The position numbers and the translations under genes are program-made. This document shows positions 18,711 through 28,680 of a DNA stretch of 64,000 nt, piece after piece. The first letter of the stretch is position 1. Each line of letters starts with the position of its first letter. The notes below the pieces were generated by a model. It made no database searches, was not told the origin of the DNA, and was given only the letters and a program-made list of their open reading frames with translations. The DNA lies in assembly GCA_016872555.1 (NCBI GenBank), contig VGZO01000014.1, forward strand, positions 4,834 through 68,833, read 5' to 3'. Source of the DNA: Planctomycetota bacterium. Its GTDB lineage: Bacteria; Planctomycetota; Planctomycetia; Pirellulales; UBA1268.

Positions 18711-19757
18711 ATGCGTGGTGTCGTTCTTACACGTCCGGGAGGCGACCTCGAGATTGCGACCGATCTCGAATTTCCGGAGCCTATGCATGGCCAGGTAAGC
18801 GTGCAGGTGGCGTTCAGCGGGGTGTGCCACAGCCAGCTCATGGAGGCCCGCGGGCTGCGCGGCGAGGATCGCTACGTGCCCCACCTGCTCGGACACGAGG
18901 GCACTGGTGTAGTCCGAGCGATCGGCTCCGGCGTAACAAAGGTAGCGGCCGGCGACCGGGTGGTGCTGACCTGGATCAAAGGCGAAGGATTGGACGTCGG
19001 CGGCGGCCGTTACGGCTGGAATGGACGCCGCGTCAATGCCGGCGCGGTGACGACGTTCAACGAGGTGGCCGTTGTCGCCGAGAATCGGGTCGTACGGCTG
19101 CCGGCCGGCGTTCCCATGGATGTTGGTGTGCTCCTCGGCTGCGCGTTGCCGACGGGTGCGGGTGTCGTCTGCAATACCCTCCAGCCGGAGCCAGGGCGAA
19201 CGCTGGTCGTTTACGGCCTAGGTGGCGTGGGTATTTGCGCGCTGGCGGCTGCGAGTCGTTACGGCCTGAAGCGACTGATCGCTGTCGATGTCGAGCCGGG
19301 CAAGCTGTCATTAGCGCATGATTTCGGAGCGACCGACGTCATTGACGCGTCCCGCGAGGAGCCGGTCGAGGTCATTCGCGGGCTCACTGACGGGCGGGGC
19401 GCGGACTACGCTGTGGAGGCGGCCGGCGGCACCGCAACCATCGAGCGCGCGTTCTCATCGGTTTGTGATGATGGCGGCCGATGCGTGTTCGCCTCCCATC
19501 CGCCCGCAGGGAAGCGAATCTGCCTCGATCCGCACGCATTGATTCGAGGCCGCCGGATTGAGGGCAGTTGGGGCGGGGGGTGCTTGCCCGACCGGGACAT
19601 CCCACTCCTGGCAAGCCTGTGCCTCGACCCCGGGCTGCCCTTCCGTTCGCTGGTCCGCGACCGATACCCGCTTGCCGAGGTAAACCGGGCGCTCGCCGAC
19701 CTCGAGACACGTCGGGCCATGCGGCCGCTTCTGGTGGTCGCCCCCGAGCTAGAGTAA
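18711..19757 (+). CDS. zinc-dependent medium-chain alcohol dehydrogenase/reductase
   Basis: SGVCHSQL, LGHEGTGVV and GDRVVL (zinc ligands), then GLGGVGICALAAA (Rossmann fold). It starts 2 nt after the ALS-like stop. Confidence 0.88.
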   Translation: MRGVVLTRPGGDLEIATDLEFPEPMHGQVSVQVAFSGVCHSQLMEARGLRGEDRYVPHLLGHEGTGVVRAIGSGVTKVAAGDRVVLTWIKGEGLDVGGGRYGWNGRRVNAGAVTTFNEVAVVAENRVVRLPAGVPMDVGVLLGCALPTGAGVVCNTLQPEPGRTLVVYGLGGVGICALAAASRYGLKRLIAVDVEPGKLSLAHDFGATDVIDASREEPVEVIRGLTDGRGADYAVEAAGGTATIERAFSSVCDDGGRCVFASHPPAGKRICLDPHALIRGRRIEGSWGGGCLPDRDIPLLASLCLDPGLPFRSLVRDRYPLAEVNRALADLETRRAMRPLLVVAPELE

Positions 19758-19761
19758 AGGT

Positions 19762-20487
19762 TCACATAACGCGATGCGGCCGCTTCGCGAACTCCCTACG
19801 ACGGGCGAACTTGATCTCGTAGACGAGTCGCAGGTAGGAGCGCACCACCTCTGTGAGGTTGCGGAGTGACAGTGACGTGCTCCCCGCGAGCCCCTTCTGC
19901 ATGTACCCTGCCACCTCGTAATAGCTAGCACCCGAGCAGAGCAACTTGATCGTCGCCTCGACCACGATGCTGAAGCGATTCGCTCGCAAATTGATACGGC
20001 GGAGCCTGTCCGTGGGATAGACGCACGGGCCATTAATGTACTGCACGTAGATACCGAACGTGATCATGTAGATCGCCCCGAAGATCAGGGAGATCACGTT
20101 CCGCGCGACTCCCCTCGCCTCCTTGTTTACGAAGTAGCTCAACACCATATCGGCCCGGTAGGCGTTCTTGAACAGGGCGCAGAGCAGGTCGAGTGAGATG
20201 TCGTTGTCACCTGGAACGATGAGAAAACGGTCGCACGTGGCGATCGCCAAGGCATCGCGAAAGCCGGTGCCCAACCCCTGGTTGGTCGCGTGCTCGACCA
20301 CCGTCACGTTTGCCATGCGGCTGGCAAAATCGGCGGCGATCGCGCCGGTTGCATCTCGGCTGCCGTCGTTCACGATGATGATCTGCAGGTCCGTGCAGCC
20401 GGCCCTGCCGGCCGCGGCCATGACGGTGTCTACGGTCGCCGCCAAATTGGCGGCCTCGTTGAACGCCGGAATGAACACAGAAATCAC
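19762..20487 (-). CDS. GT2 glycosyltransferase of the polyprenol-phosphate (Dpm1/ArnC/GtrB-like) type
   Basis: ISVFIPAFNEAANL, IIIVNDGSRDAT, LIVPGDNDISL, followed by a hydrophobic stretch VISLIFGAIYMITFGIYV. The GTG start overlaps the upstream stop (GTGA). Confidence 0.85.
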   Translation of the reverse strand: MISVFIPAFNEAANLAATVDTVMAAAGRAGCTDLQIIIVNDGSRDATGAIAADFASRMANVTVVEHATNQGLGTGFRDALAIATCDRFLIVPGDNDISLDLLCALFKNAYRADMVLSYFVNKEARGVARNVISLIFGAIYMITFGIYVQYINGPCVYPTDRLRRINLRANRFSIVVEATIKLLCSGASYYEVAGYMQKGLAGSTSLSLRNLTEVVRSYLRLVYEIKFARRREFAKRPHRVM

Positions 20488-20996
20488 GCTCCTGCCCCCA
20501 GCATGACCCGCTTGGCCAAGCGGAACAGTTTGGCGACGTAGAGCATCCGCCTGCGCCCGGTGTAATAGCGGCCATCCTCGTACGTCAGTTGGCCGCTGCG
20601 GGTAAGCCGCCCGAGTCGGATGTCGAGGATCTTGGCGGCGTCGTAGAACTGTAGGATCTCGGGCTCGCTAAGTGGTCCGCGGGCGGCGAGCTCCTGCAAG
20701 ATCCTGATGCGGACGGACGCCTCGGGGATGTGGACGAGGTGGAAGAAGACATATGAGGCGGATGCATAGGTGAGAAATGCGGCCGCAACGGTCGCAGCCC
20801 TTTCGGTGGCAGGCAGGGCTGATCCGCAGACGACCGACGCCATGATGAACGCCACGCAACCGAGGACGAAACTGCCGGCCAGGCTGCGGACGATGCTCGT
20901 GCAAAGGCGGGTACGGAGCAGGATCACGTTGGTCGCTACGTTGACGACGAACGCAATCCATGGAAACGCCGGCAGATACCAGCCGCAGGAAAGCAT
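20484..20996 (-). CDS. small membrane protein with a C-terminal winged-helix-like domain (paralog A; unknown function)
   Basis: 170 aa. It has three hydrophobic segments, then SVRIRILQELAARGPLSEPEIL...RLGRLTRSGQLTYEDGRYYTGRRR. The architecture is shared with the next gene. Confidence 0.6.
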   Translation of the reverse strand: MLSCGWYLPAFPWIAFVVNVATNVILLRTRLCTSIVRSLAGSFVLGCVAFIMASVVCGSALPATERAATVAAAFLTYASASYVFFHLVHIPEASVRIRILQELAARGPLSEPEILQFYDAAKILDIRLGRLTRSGQLTYEDGRYYTGRRRMLYVAKLFRLAKRVMLGAGA

Positions 20997-21014
20997 GAAG
21001 AGACTTCTCTCCTG

Positions 21015-21512
21015 TCAGCCGGCCAAGCCCCGGCGGCCTACAAGGCGGTGGTACGACAAGAATCCGTGGAGGAACTTTCGGCCTCTGGCCGTAATCCGCA
21101 GCCGCCCATCAGCACGTTCCACCAGGCCATCAAGTTCAAGGCCCCGAGCGCGATTAAGCACGAACTTATCATCGTTGATGATGGCGGCCAGATCGTCCCG
21201 GCTGGCCCCGTCACCACCCCGCTCGTCAACGCACGTCACGATCAGTGAGGAGGGGCTCTCGGATTCCAAGGCAGGCAACGATATCAGATAACTGGCCACC
21301 ATGGTGCAAAAAAGGAGCCAAGCCGCGGTCAAGTCTGCGGCGGCCGGGGCAGGGCAACGCGCGCGCGCTGCCCAGACACCGACCGCTGCTCCTAGGAGCG
21401 CCGCGAGCGGCACCAGCCGCGCCGGACTACGCGGCCGCAGCATGCGCCAAGCGGCCACATGGATGGCGACGGTCGCCAGCAGGCCGATAATCGGGGCAAG
21501 GAGCGAAAACAC
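21015..21512 (-). CDS. small membrane protein with a C-terminal winged-helix-like domain (paralog B; unknown function)
   Basis: 165 aa. It has three hydrophobic segments, then SPSSLIVTCV...SRDDLAAII...RARGLELDGLVERADGRLRITARGR. It has the same layout as paralog A. Confidence 0.6.
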   Translation of the reverse strand: MFSLLAPIIGLLATVAIHVAAWRMLRPRSPARLVPLAALLGAAVGVWAARARCPAPAAADLTAAWLLFCTMVASYLISLPALESESPSSLIVTCVDERGGDGASRDDLAAIINDDKFVLNRARGLELDGLVERADGRLRITARGRKFLHGFLSYHRLVGRRGLAG

Positions 21513-21527
21513 GGCGCGAAGTGTCCC

Positions 21528-22526
21528 TTACAACTTATGAACGTAGTCTGCGGGAATCATCCGCAGCCGGTCGAGGTTGATCTTCATCCAGTCGATCGTT
21601 TCACCGATTACGTCGGCCACCGTGAGCTTCGGCTCCCAGCCGAACTCGCCGCGGGCCTTCGTGCAGTCGAGCAGATAGGCCGGATCCTGGGCGAGCCGCG
21701 GCGGCGTGGACTCGACGGCGTCGTCGAACCGTGCCCCGAGCTGCCGGCAGATCTCCTCGACGACCTCGCGGATCGTCTGGTTGGTGCCGGTGGCGAGGTG
21801 GTAGACGTCGCCGGCGATCCCCCGACGGGCCACGGCGAGCGTGCCCCGGGCGACGTCGGCCATGTGGATGAAGGAGCGGACGCTCGTGCCACCCCCTTCG
21901 AGCTTGAGCCGGCGCCCCGTGAGGATGCAGAACACCGTCCGGGGGATGATCCGGTACAGCGGCTGTCCTGGCCCGCAGACGTTGGCCGCCCGCGTGAACG
22001 CGACGGGGAAGCCGTAGGCCTTCCGGTAGGCCTGGAGGTTCATGTCGCAGGCCGCCTTCGACACGGCGTAGGGGGTGCTCGGGTTGAACGGCGCCGTTTC
22101 CTTCACCAGGCCGCTCGTGCTGCCGTAGACCTCGGGGGTAGAGATCTGGACGAACTTCTTGAGAAACTCGGCCTTCTTCAGCCGGTCGACCAGCCGGGCC
22201 GTGGCGACGACGTTGGTCTGGTACCAGTGCTCGGGATGGTCCCAGCTCTGGGCGACCATGCTCTGTGCGGCGAAGTTGATGACGTAGTCCGGCCGGGCCG
22301 CGTCGATCACGGCGCCGATGCCCTCGAGATCACGGTTGAAATCGAGGGCGTGGAACGTGAACCACTCGTGCGGTGCCCACCGGTAGGGGAGGAGCGCTTC
22401 GTCGGGCTCCGCGGAGCGGCTGATCCCGATCACCCGTGCGCCGTCGGCGAGCGCCTCGGCCACGAAGGTGGCGCCGGAGAACGAGTTGCTCCCGAGGACG
22501 ACGAAGGTTTCGGACGGCGGGGCCAT
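21528..22526 (-). CDS. NDP-sugar 4,6-dehydratase-type extended SDR
   Basis: VVLGSNSFSGATFV (NAD fold), ISTPEVYGS and YAVSKAACD (the S/T-Y-K catalytic set laid out as in RfbB-type dehydratases), NVCGPGQ. Confidence 0.85.
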   Translation of the reverse strand: MAPPSETFVVLGSNSFSGATFVAEALADGARVIGISRSAEPDEALLPYRWAPHEWFTFHALDFNRDLEGIGAVIDAARPDYVINFAAQSMVAQSWDHPEHWYQTNVVATARLVDRLKKAEFLKKFVQISTPEVYGSTSGLVKETAPFNPSTPYAVSKAACDMNLQAYRKAYGFPVAFTRAANVCGPGQPLYRIIPRTVFCILTGRRLKLEGGGTSVRSFIHMADVARGTLAVARRGIAGDVYHLATGTNQTIREVVEEICRQLGARFDDAVESTPPRLAQDPAYLLDCTKARGEFGWEPKLTVADVIGETIDWMKINLDRLRMIPADYVHKL

Positions 22527-22530
22527 GGGC

Positions 22531-23550
22531 TCACTTCAGGTGGATGGCCTTCATCGTCTTGATGTTGGAATACCTGGTGTCGGTCATCGAGTCGGGGAGC
22601 TTGCCGGCCTTGAAGGCCCGGATCAGGTCGCGGGCCCCGTCTTCGACGGTGTGCCGCGGCGTAAAGCCGAGCACCCGGCGGATCTTGTCGGAGTTGATCC
22701 GGTAGGAGCGGATATCGTCCGACGGGGTGGTGACGATCTCGATCTCCCCCTTCTCCGGCATCTCCTCGCGGACCACGTTCCGCACCACCTCGGCCGTCTC
22801 GGCGACGGAATAATTCTGGTAGCCGGCGTTGAAAATCTGGCCGGCGATCGTGTCGTCGGGCGCCTCGAGGAGGAGGCAGTACAGGTCGACCATGTCCTGC
22901 ATGTGGAGGTTGGGCCGCATCTGCACGCCGCCGAACACCGTGATCCGGCCGTTGTTGACCGCGTGATTGGTGAGGATGTTGACCGTCAGGTCGAGTCGCT
23001 GGCGTGGCGAGTAGCCGCAGATCGTCGCCGGTCGCACGGCGACCGTGGTGAACGACGGCGCTTGCTCGGCCAGCAGCAGCGGCTCACAGGCGGCCTTGTA
23101 CTTGTTGTAGAGCGACACCGGTACCAGCGCGTGCTCTTCGGTGACCTGAGGCGAGTCGCTGACGCCGTAGACGCTCCCCGAGGAGGCGAAGACGAACCGG
23201 CGGACCCCCGCCGCCTTCGCCGCCTTCACGGTCGGGCCGAAGGAGTCGAGATTCACCGACTTGGAAAGGTCGGGGTCGAGTTCGACGCTCGGGTCGTTGG
23301 AGATGCAGGCCAGGTGGATGACCGCATCAACGCCGCGGACGGCCCGCTGCACCGCTTCGTCATCGCGGACGTCGCCCGCGATGATCTCGAGCCGCGGATG
23401 GCCAGCGACGGCCGCCAGGGCCTCCGCACCGTAGATGAACAGATCGAACACACGGACGCGGTAGTCGAGCTCGAGGAGCCGCGGCACGAGCACCGCCCCC
23501 ACGTATCCCGCGCCGCCGATCACCGCCACGCTGTCGAAACGCCGTGCCAC
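22531..23550 (-). CDS. NAD-dependent NDP-sugar epimerase/reductase (extended SDR)
   Basis: VAVIGGAGYVGAVLV, FASSGSVYG, YNKYKAACE (YxxxK), RPATICG. It starts 4 nt before the dehydratase gene. Confidence 0.88.
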   Translation of the reverse strand: MARRFDSVAVIGGAGYVGAVLVPRLLELDYRVRVFDLFIYGAEALAAVAGHPRLEIIAGDVRDDEAVQRAVRGVDAVIHLACISNDPSVELDPDLSKSVNLDSFGPTVKAAKAAGVRRFVFASSGSVYGVSDSPQVTEEHALVPVSLYNKYKAACEPLLLAEQAPSFTTVAVRPATICGYSPRQRLDLTVNILTNHAVNNGRITVFGGVQMRPNLHMQDMVDLYCLLLEAPDDTIAGQIFNAGYQNYSVAETAEVVRNVVREEMPEKGEIEIVTTPSDDIRSYRINSDKIRRVLGFTPRHTVEDGARDLIRAFKAGKLPDSMTDTRYSNIKTMKAIHLK

Positions 23551-23575
23551 GTACGCGCACTCCCGTCGCCGCGGA

Positions 23576-25105
23576 TCAGTTCTTGAGCAACGACTCGATC
23601 TGCCGTGTTAGCGCCACGCGGTCGATCGGGTCGCGGTTGGCCACGCTCGCCACCGCCAGCGCGCCGGCGGCGTTTCCCGCCAAGCCGACGACCTCGAGCG
23701 GCGCGTTCTGGACCGCCACGAGCGCCGACACCGAGAGAAAGGCGTCGCCGGCTCCGATCCGGTCGACGACCTTCCCCGCCACCGCCGGAATCTCGATCGG
23801 GCTGCCGAAGCGCTCGCTGCACAGGCAGCCGTGCCGGCCGCGGGTCACGGCCAGCCGGCGGCAGCCGAGCGCTCCCTGGACTTCCCGGGCGAGCTGCCGG
23901 ATGTCGCCGTGCCGGTCACGGGCCTCGATGCGGATCTCGTTCTCGGTGGCGGTCATGTAGTCCGCGGCCGGATACTTGGAGAGGGCGTGGTGGCCGAGAT
24001 TCCCGGCGTTGCACTGGGCGTTGACCGCCAGGAAGCGGGCCTGCTCCCGGATCAACCGCCGCGTCCGCTCGCCGAGCATGGCGTGGCCGAAGTCGATGAC
24101 GATCACCAAATCGTAGCCGGGAATCTCCCGCTCCAGCAGCCGGCAGACCTCGTCCTCCTCGGCGGCGGAGGGTGCCGCGTCGTTGATCTCGTAGATCTCG
24201 AGGAGCTTGAGAAAGAAGTAGTGCTCGACGAGCCGTTGCTTGAGGATCGTCGGCGAGTCGCGGCGCGTGATGAACGTCGGCCGGACGTTGGGCCGGAGCT
24301 TCTCGGCGATGAACGCGGCGTGCGACGGGCTGTCGCCGATCTGGGCGATCACGCCGACCTCGTTGCAAAATCCGGCGACGTGGTTGGCGGCGGCGAGGAT
24401 GCCCCCGGCGAAGCGCTCGGCGGACTGCCGCCTCACGACCATCGTCGGCTCCTTCGACGACTTCCCGATCGCCTCACAGTACACGTACTCGTCGATGATC
24501 GGCTCGCCGACGAGCAGCACGCGGAGGCCGCGGGCGCGCTCGAGGTAGCCGAGCACCTCGTCGGCCGGATGGCGCTGCGAGAATCCCGCCAGGTACGACT
24601 GCACCTCCGGCGCGAGCGTGCTCATGTGGCGGTTGATGAGCCGCGTCGAGCTGAAGACGTCGCCGGCGGTGAAGACGATCCGCCCGCCGACTGCCACGAC
24701 CGCCCGCTCCTCGTCGTTGATCTTGCCGGTCACGTCCTTGGACATGTCGGCGTAGTCGGGGCCTTTGACGTAGCAATCGGGGCGGATCAGGGCGATCGCC
24801 TCGACGGCCGTCGGGTGCGGGTTGATCGCGACGAAGTCGACACACTCCAGGCCGGCGATGACCTCGGCGCGGAGCTGCTCGGGGAAGGCCGGACGGTGGG
24901 GACCCTTGTTGACGAACCGGTCCGTCGTGAGGGTCACCACGAGCACGTCGCCGAGGGCCTTCGCCTCTTCGAAGTAGCGGAGGTGGCCGACGTGGAGCAG
25001 GTCGAAGACGCCGTGGCAGTGGACCACGCGCTGGCCGGCCTTGCGGCAGGAATCGAGGACACGGGCCAGTTCGTCCAGACTCTTGTGTTTGCCCGACTGC
25101 TTCAT
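23576..25105 (-). CDS. bifunctional sugar-phosphate nucleotidyltransferase / PfkB-family sugar kinase (HldE-like, domain order reversed)
   Basis: N-terminus: VVHCHGVFDLLHVGHLRYFEEAKALGDVLVVTLTTD...PDCYVKGPDY (cytidylyltransferase HxGH fold, as in HldE domain II). C-terminus: LLVGEPIIDEY...VDRIGAGDAFLSVSAL (PfkB kinase, as in HldE domain I). Confidence 0.88.
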   Translation of the reverse strand: MKQSGKHKSLDELARVLDSCRKAGQRVVHCHGVFDLLHVGHLRYFEEAKALGDVLVVTLTTDRFVNKGPHRPAFPEQLRAEVIAGLECVDFVAINPHPTAVEAIALIRPDCYVKGPDYADMSKDVTGKINDEERAVVAVGGRIVFTAGDVFSSTRLINRHMSTLAPEVQSYLAGFSQRHPADEVLGYLERARGLRVLLVGEPIIDEYVYCEAIGKSSKEPTMVVRRQSAERFAGGILAAANHVAGFCNEVGVIAQIGDSPSHAAFIAEKLRPNVRPTFITRRDSPTILKQRLVEHYFFLKLLEIYEINDAAPSAAEEDEVCRLLEREIPGYDLVIVIDFGHAMLGERTRRLIREQARFLAVNAQCNAGNLGHHALSKYPAADYMTATENEIRIEARDRHGDIRQLAREVQGALGCRRLAVTRGRHGCLCSERFGSPIEIPAVAGKVVDRIGAGDAFLSVSALVAVQNAPLEVVGLAGNAAGALAVASVANRDPIDRVALTRQIESLLKN

Positions 25106-25298
25106 CTATGGTCGCCGGCAGTGGTCACCGGCAGGGCCGGAGTGAGGCAGGGATTGCAGGGAACGGACCCGATTCGTTTGTATTGCACCACAGGCCGATT
25201 GCAAGCCGGCACCCGTGGCGCCGTGCCCGGTCGGTCCGCCTGCCGCGGACCGAGGGGTGGGAAGTCCCGCCGCCCCCGACACCTCCCAGGATCGAGCG

Positions 25299-26438
25299 AT
25301 GGCCAACCGCAAACCCTGCATCGGCGTGCTCACCGGCGGCGGCGATTGCCCCGGGCTCAACGCCGTGATCCGCGCGGTGGTCAAATCGGCGACCCGCCTG
25401 GGATATGACTGCGTCGGCTTTCTGCGCGGCTACGAAGGACTCGTCGATCCGGTCAGCTACATGCCGCTCGACCGGCAGAACACGTCGGAGATCCTCCTCC
25501 GCGGCGGGACGATCCTCGGCTCCACCAACAAGGGCCGGTTCACGGCGCTGGTCGGGCACGGCGAGCGGGTCCGCATCGACCCTGACCTTCTCGCCCAGGC
25601 CGGCGACACGCTCCGCCGGCTCCGCGTCAGCGGCCTGATCTGCGTCGGCGGCGACGGCTCGCTGGCGATCGCCCAGCAGCTCTTCGAGCACGGATTGCCC
25701 GTCGTCGGGGTTCCGAAGACGATCGACAACGACCTCGGCGCGACCGCGTTCACGTTCGGCTTCGACTCGGCGGTGGCCACGGCGACCGACGCCCTCGACC
25801 GGCTCCACACCACCGCCGCCAGCCACGAACGGGTGATGGTCCTCGAGGTGATGGGGCGCCACGCCGGCTGGATCGCCCTCCACGCCGGCATTGCCGGCGG
25901 CGGCGACGTGATTCTGATCCCCGAAATTCCCTGGACGTTCGAGGCGGTCTGCGCGCATGTTTCGGCGCGCGAGGCGGAGGGAAGGCGGTCGACGCTGATC
26001 GTCGTCGCCGAGGGGGCGGCGCTCCCCGACGGCGGTCTCGTCCACGAGGCGACTGCCGACGCCCAGCGCCAGGTGAAACTCGGCGGGATCGGCCAGCGCG
26101 TGGCCGCGGAACTCGGCGCTCGGCTCGACCGCGAGGTCCGCGCCGTCGTCCTCGGCCACCTTCAGCGCGGCGGCACGCCGACGCCGTTCGACCGCCTCCT
26201 TGCCACGCAGTTCGGCGCCCATGCGGTGGGCTTGGTACACGACGGGCGGTTCGGAGAGATGGTCCGCTACCGGCCGCCACACATCGAGGGGGTGCCGATC
26301 GCCACCGCGATCCACGAATTGTCGGTCGTCGATGCCGCGAGCTCGGCGGTGCGCGCCGCCCGCGCGCTGGGGGTGAGCTTCGGCGATGGCGTCGCGGCGA
26401 CGGAGACGGCTGCTCGCGGCACCGCCGCGCGTGGCTGA
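25299..26438 (+). CDS. pfkA: 6-phosphofructokinase
   Basis: [63 protein letters not shown]. The ATG at 25299 is in frame with the track ORF. Confidence 0.9.
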   Translation: MANRKPCIGVLTGGGDCPGLNAVIRAVVKSATRLGYDCVGFLRGYEGLVDPVSYMPLDRQNTSEILLRGGTILGSTNKGRFTALVGHGERVRIDPDLLAQAGDTLRRLRVSGLICVGGDGSLAIAQQLFEHGLPVVGVPKTIDNDLGATAFTFGFDSAVATATDALDRLHTTAASHERVMVLEVMGRHAGWIALHAGIAGGGDVILIPEIPWTFEAVCAHVSAREAEGRRSTLIVVAEGAALPDGGLVHEATADAQRQVKLGGIGQRVAAELGARLDREVRAVVLGHLQRGGTPTPFDRLLATQFGAHAVGLVHDGRFGEMVRYRPPHIEGVPIATAIHELSVVDAASSAVRAARALGVSFGDGVAATETAARGTAARG

Positions 26439-26524
26439 CCGGCCTGCGGCAGGCTACAACTGTCGGCTTCGCGGGGTGGAATCGGCCGCCGGTTCAGCCG
26501 GCAGCCCCCGGCGGAGGCGAGGCA

Positions 26525-28513
<1,989 letters not shown>

Positions 28514-28594
28514 CACACGGTGGCCGGCCACTGGATGCGGCCGGAGGAGCGCCGGGCTTCCCTCGCGCTCTGCCTCGCGGTCGGTACGCAAACG

Positions 28595-28628
28595 AAAAAA
28601 GGTCGGGCCGGCTCGCGCCGGCCCGACC
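28595..28628 (-). terminator. intrinsic terminator for the DUF937 gene (possibly bidirectional, between convergent genes)
   Basis: Perfect 11-bp stem ggtcgggccgg / ccggcccgacc with a 6-nt loop (28601-28628). On the minus strand it is followed by TTTTTT (A6 at 28595-28600). It lies between the acs stop (28513) and the DUF937 stop (28681). Confidence 0.6.
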
Positions 28629-28680
28629 CCTTCGATTCATCGCGTCAGCGTTCGTCGCCGCCGCATCTGGTCGACGGTAT

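Noticed and set aside
11854-25105. The glycan island as a mobile element (genomic island with integrase, IS or prophage).
   Set aside because: I found no integrase, transposase or recombinase, no tRNA attachment site and no flanking direct repeats. Only the compositional shift and the pseudogene scar argue for horizontal origin, so I do not call a mobile element.
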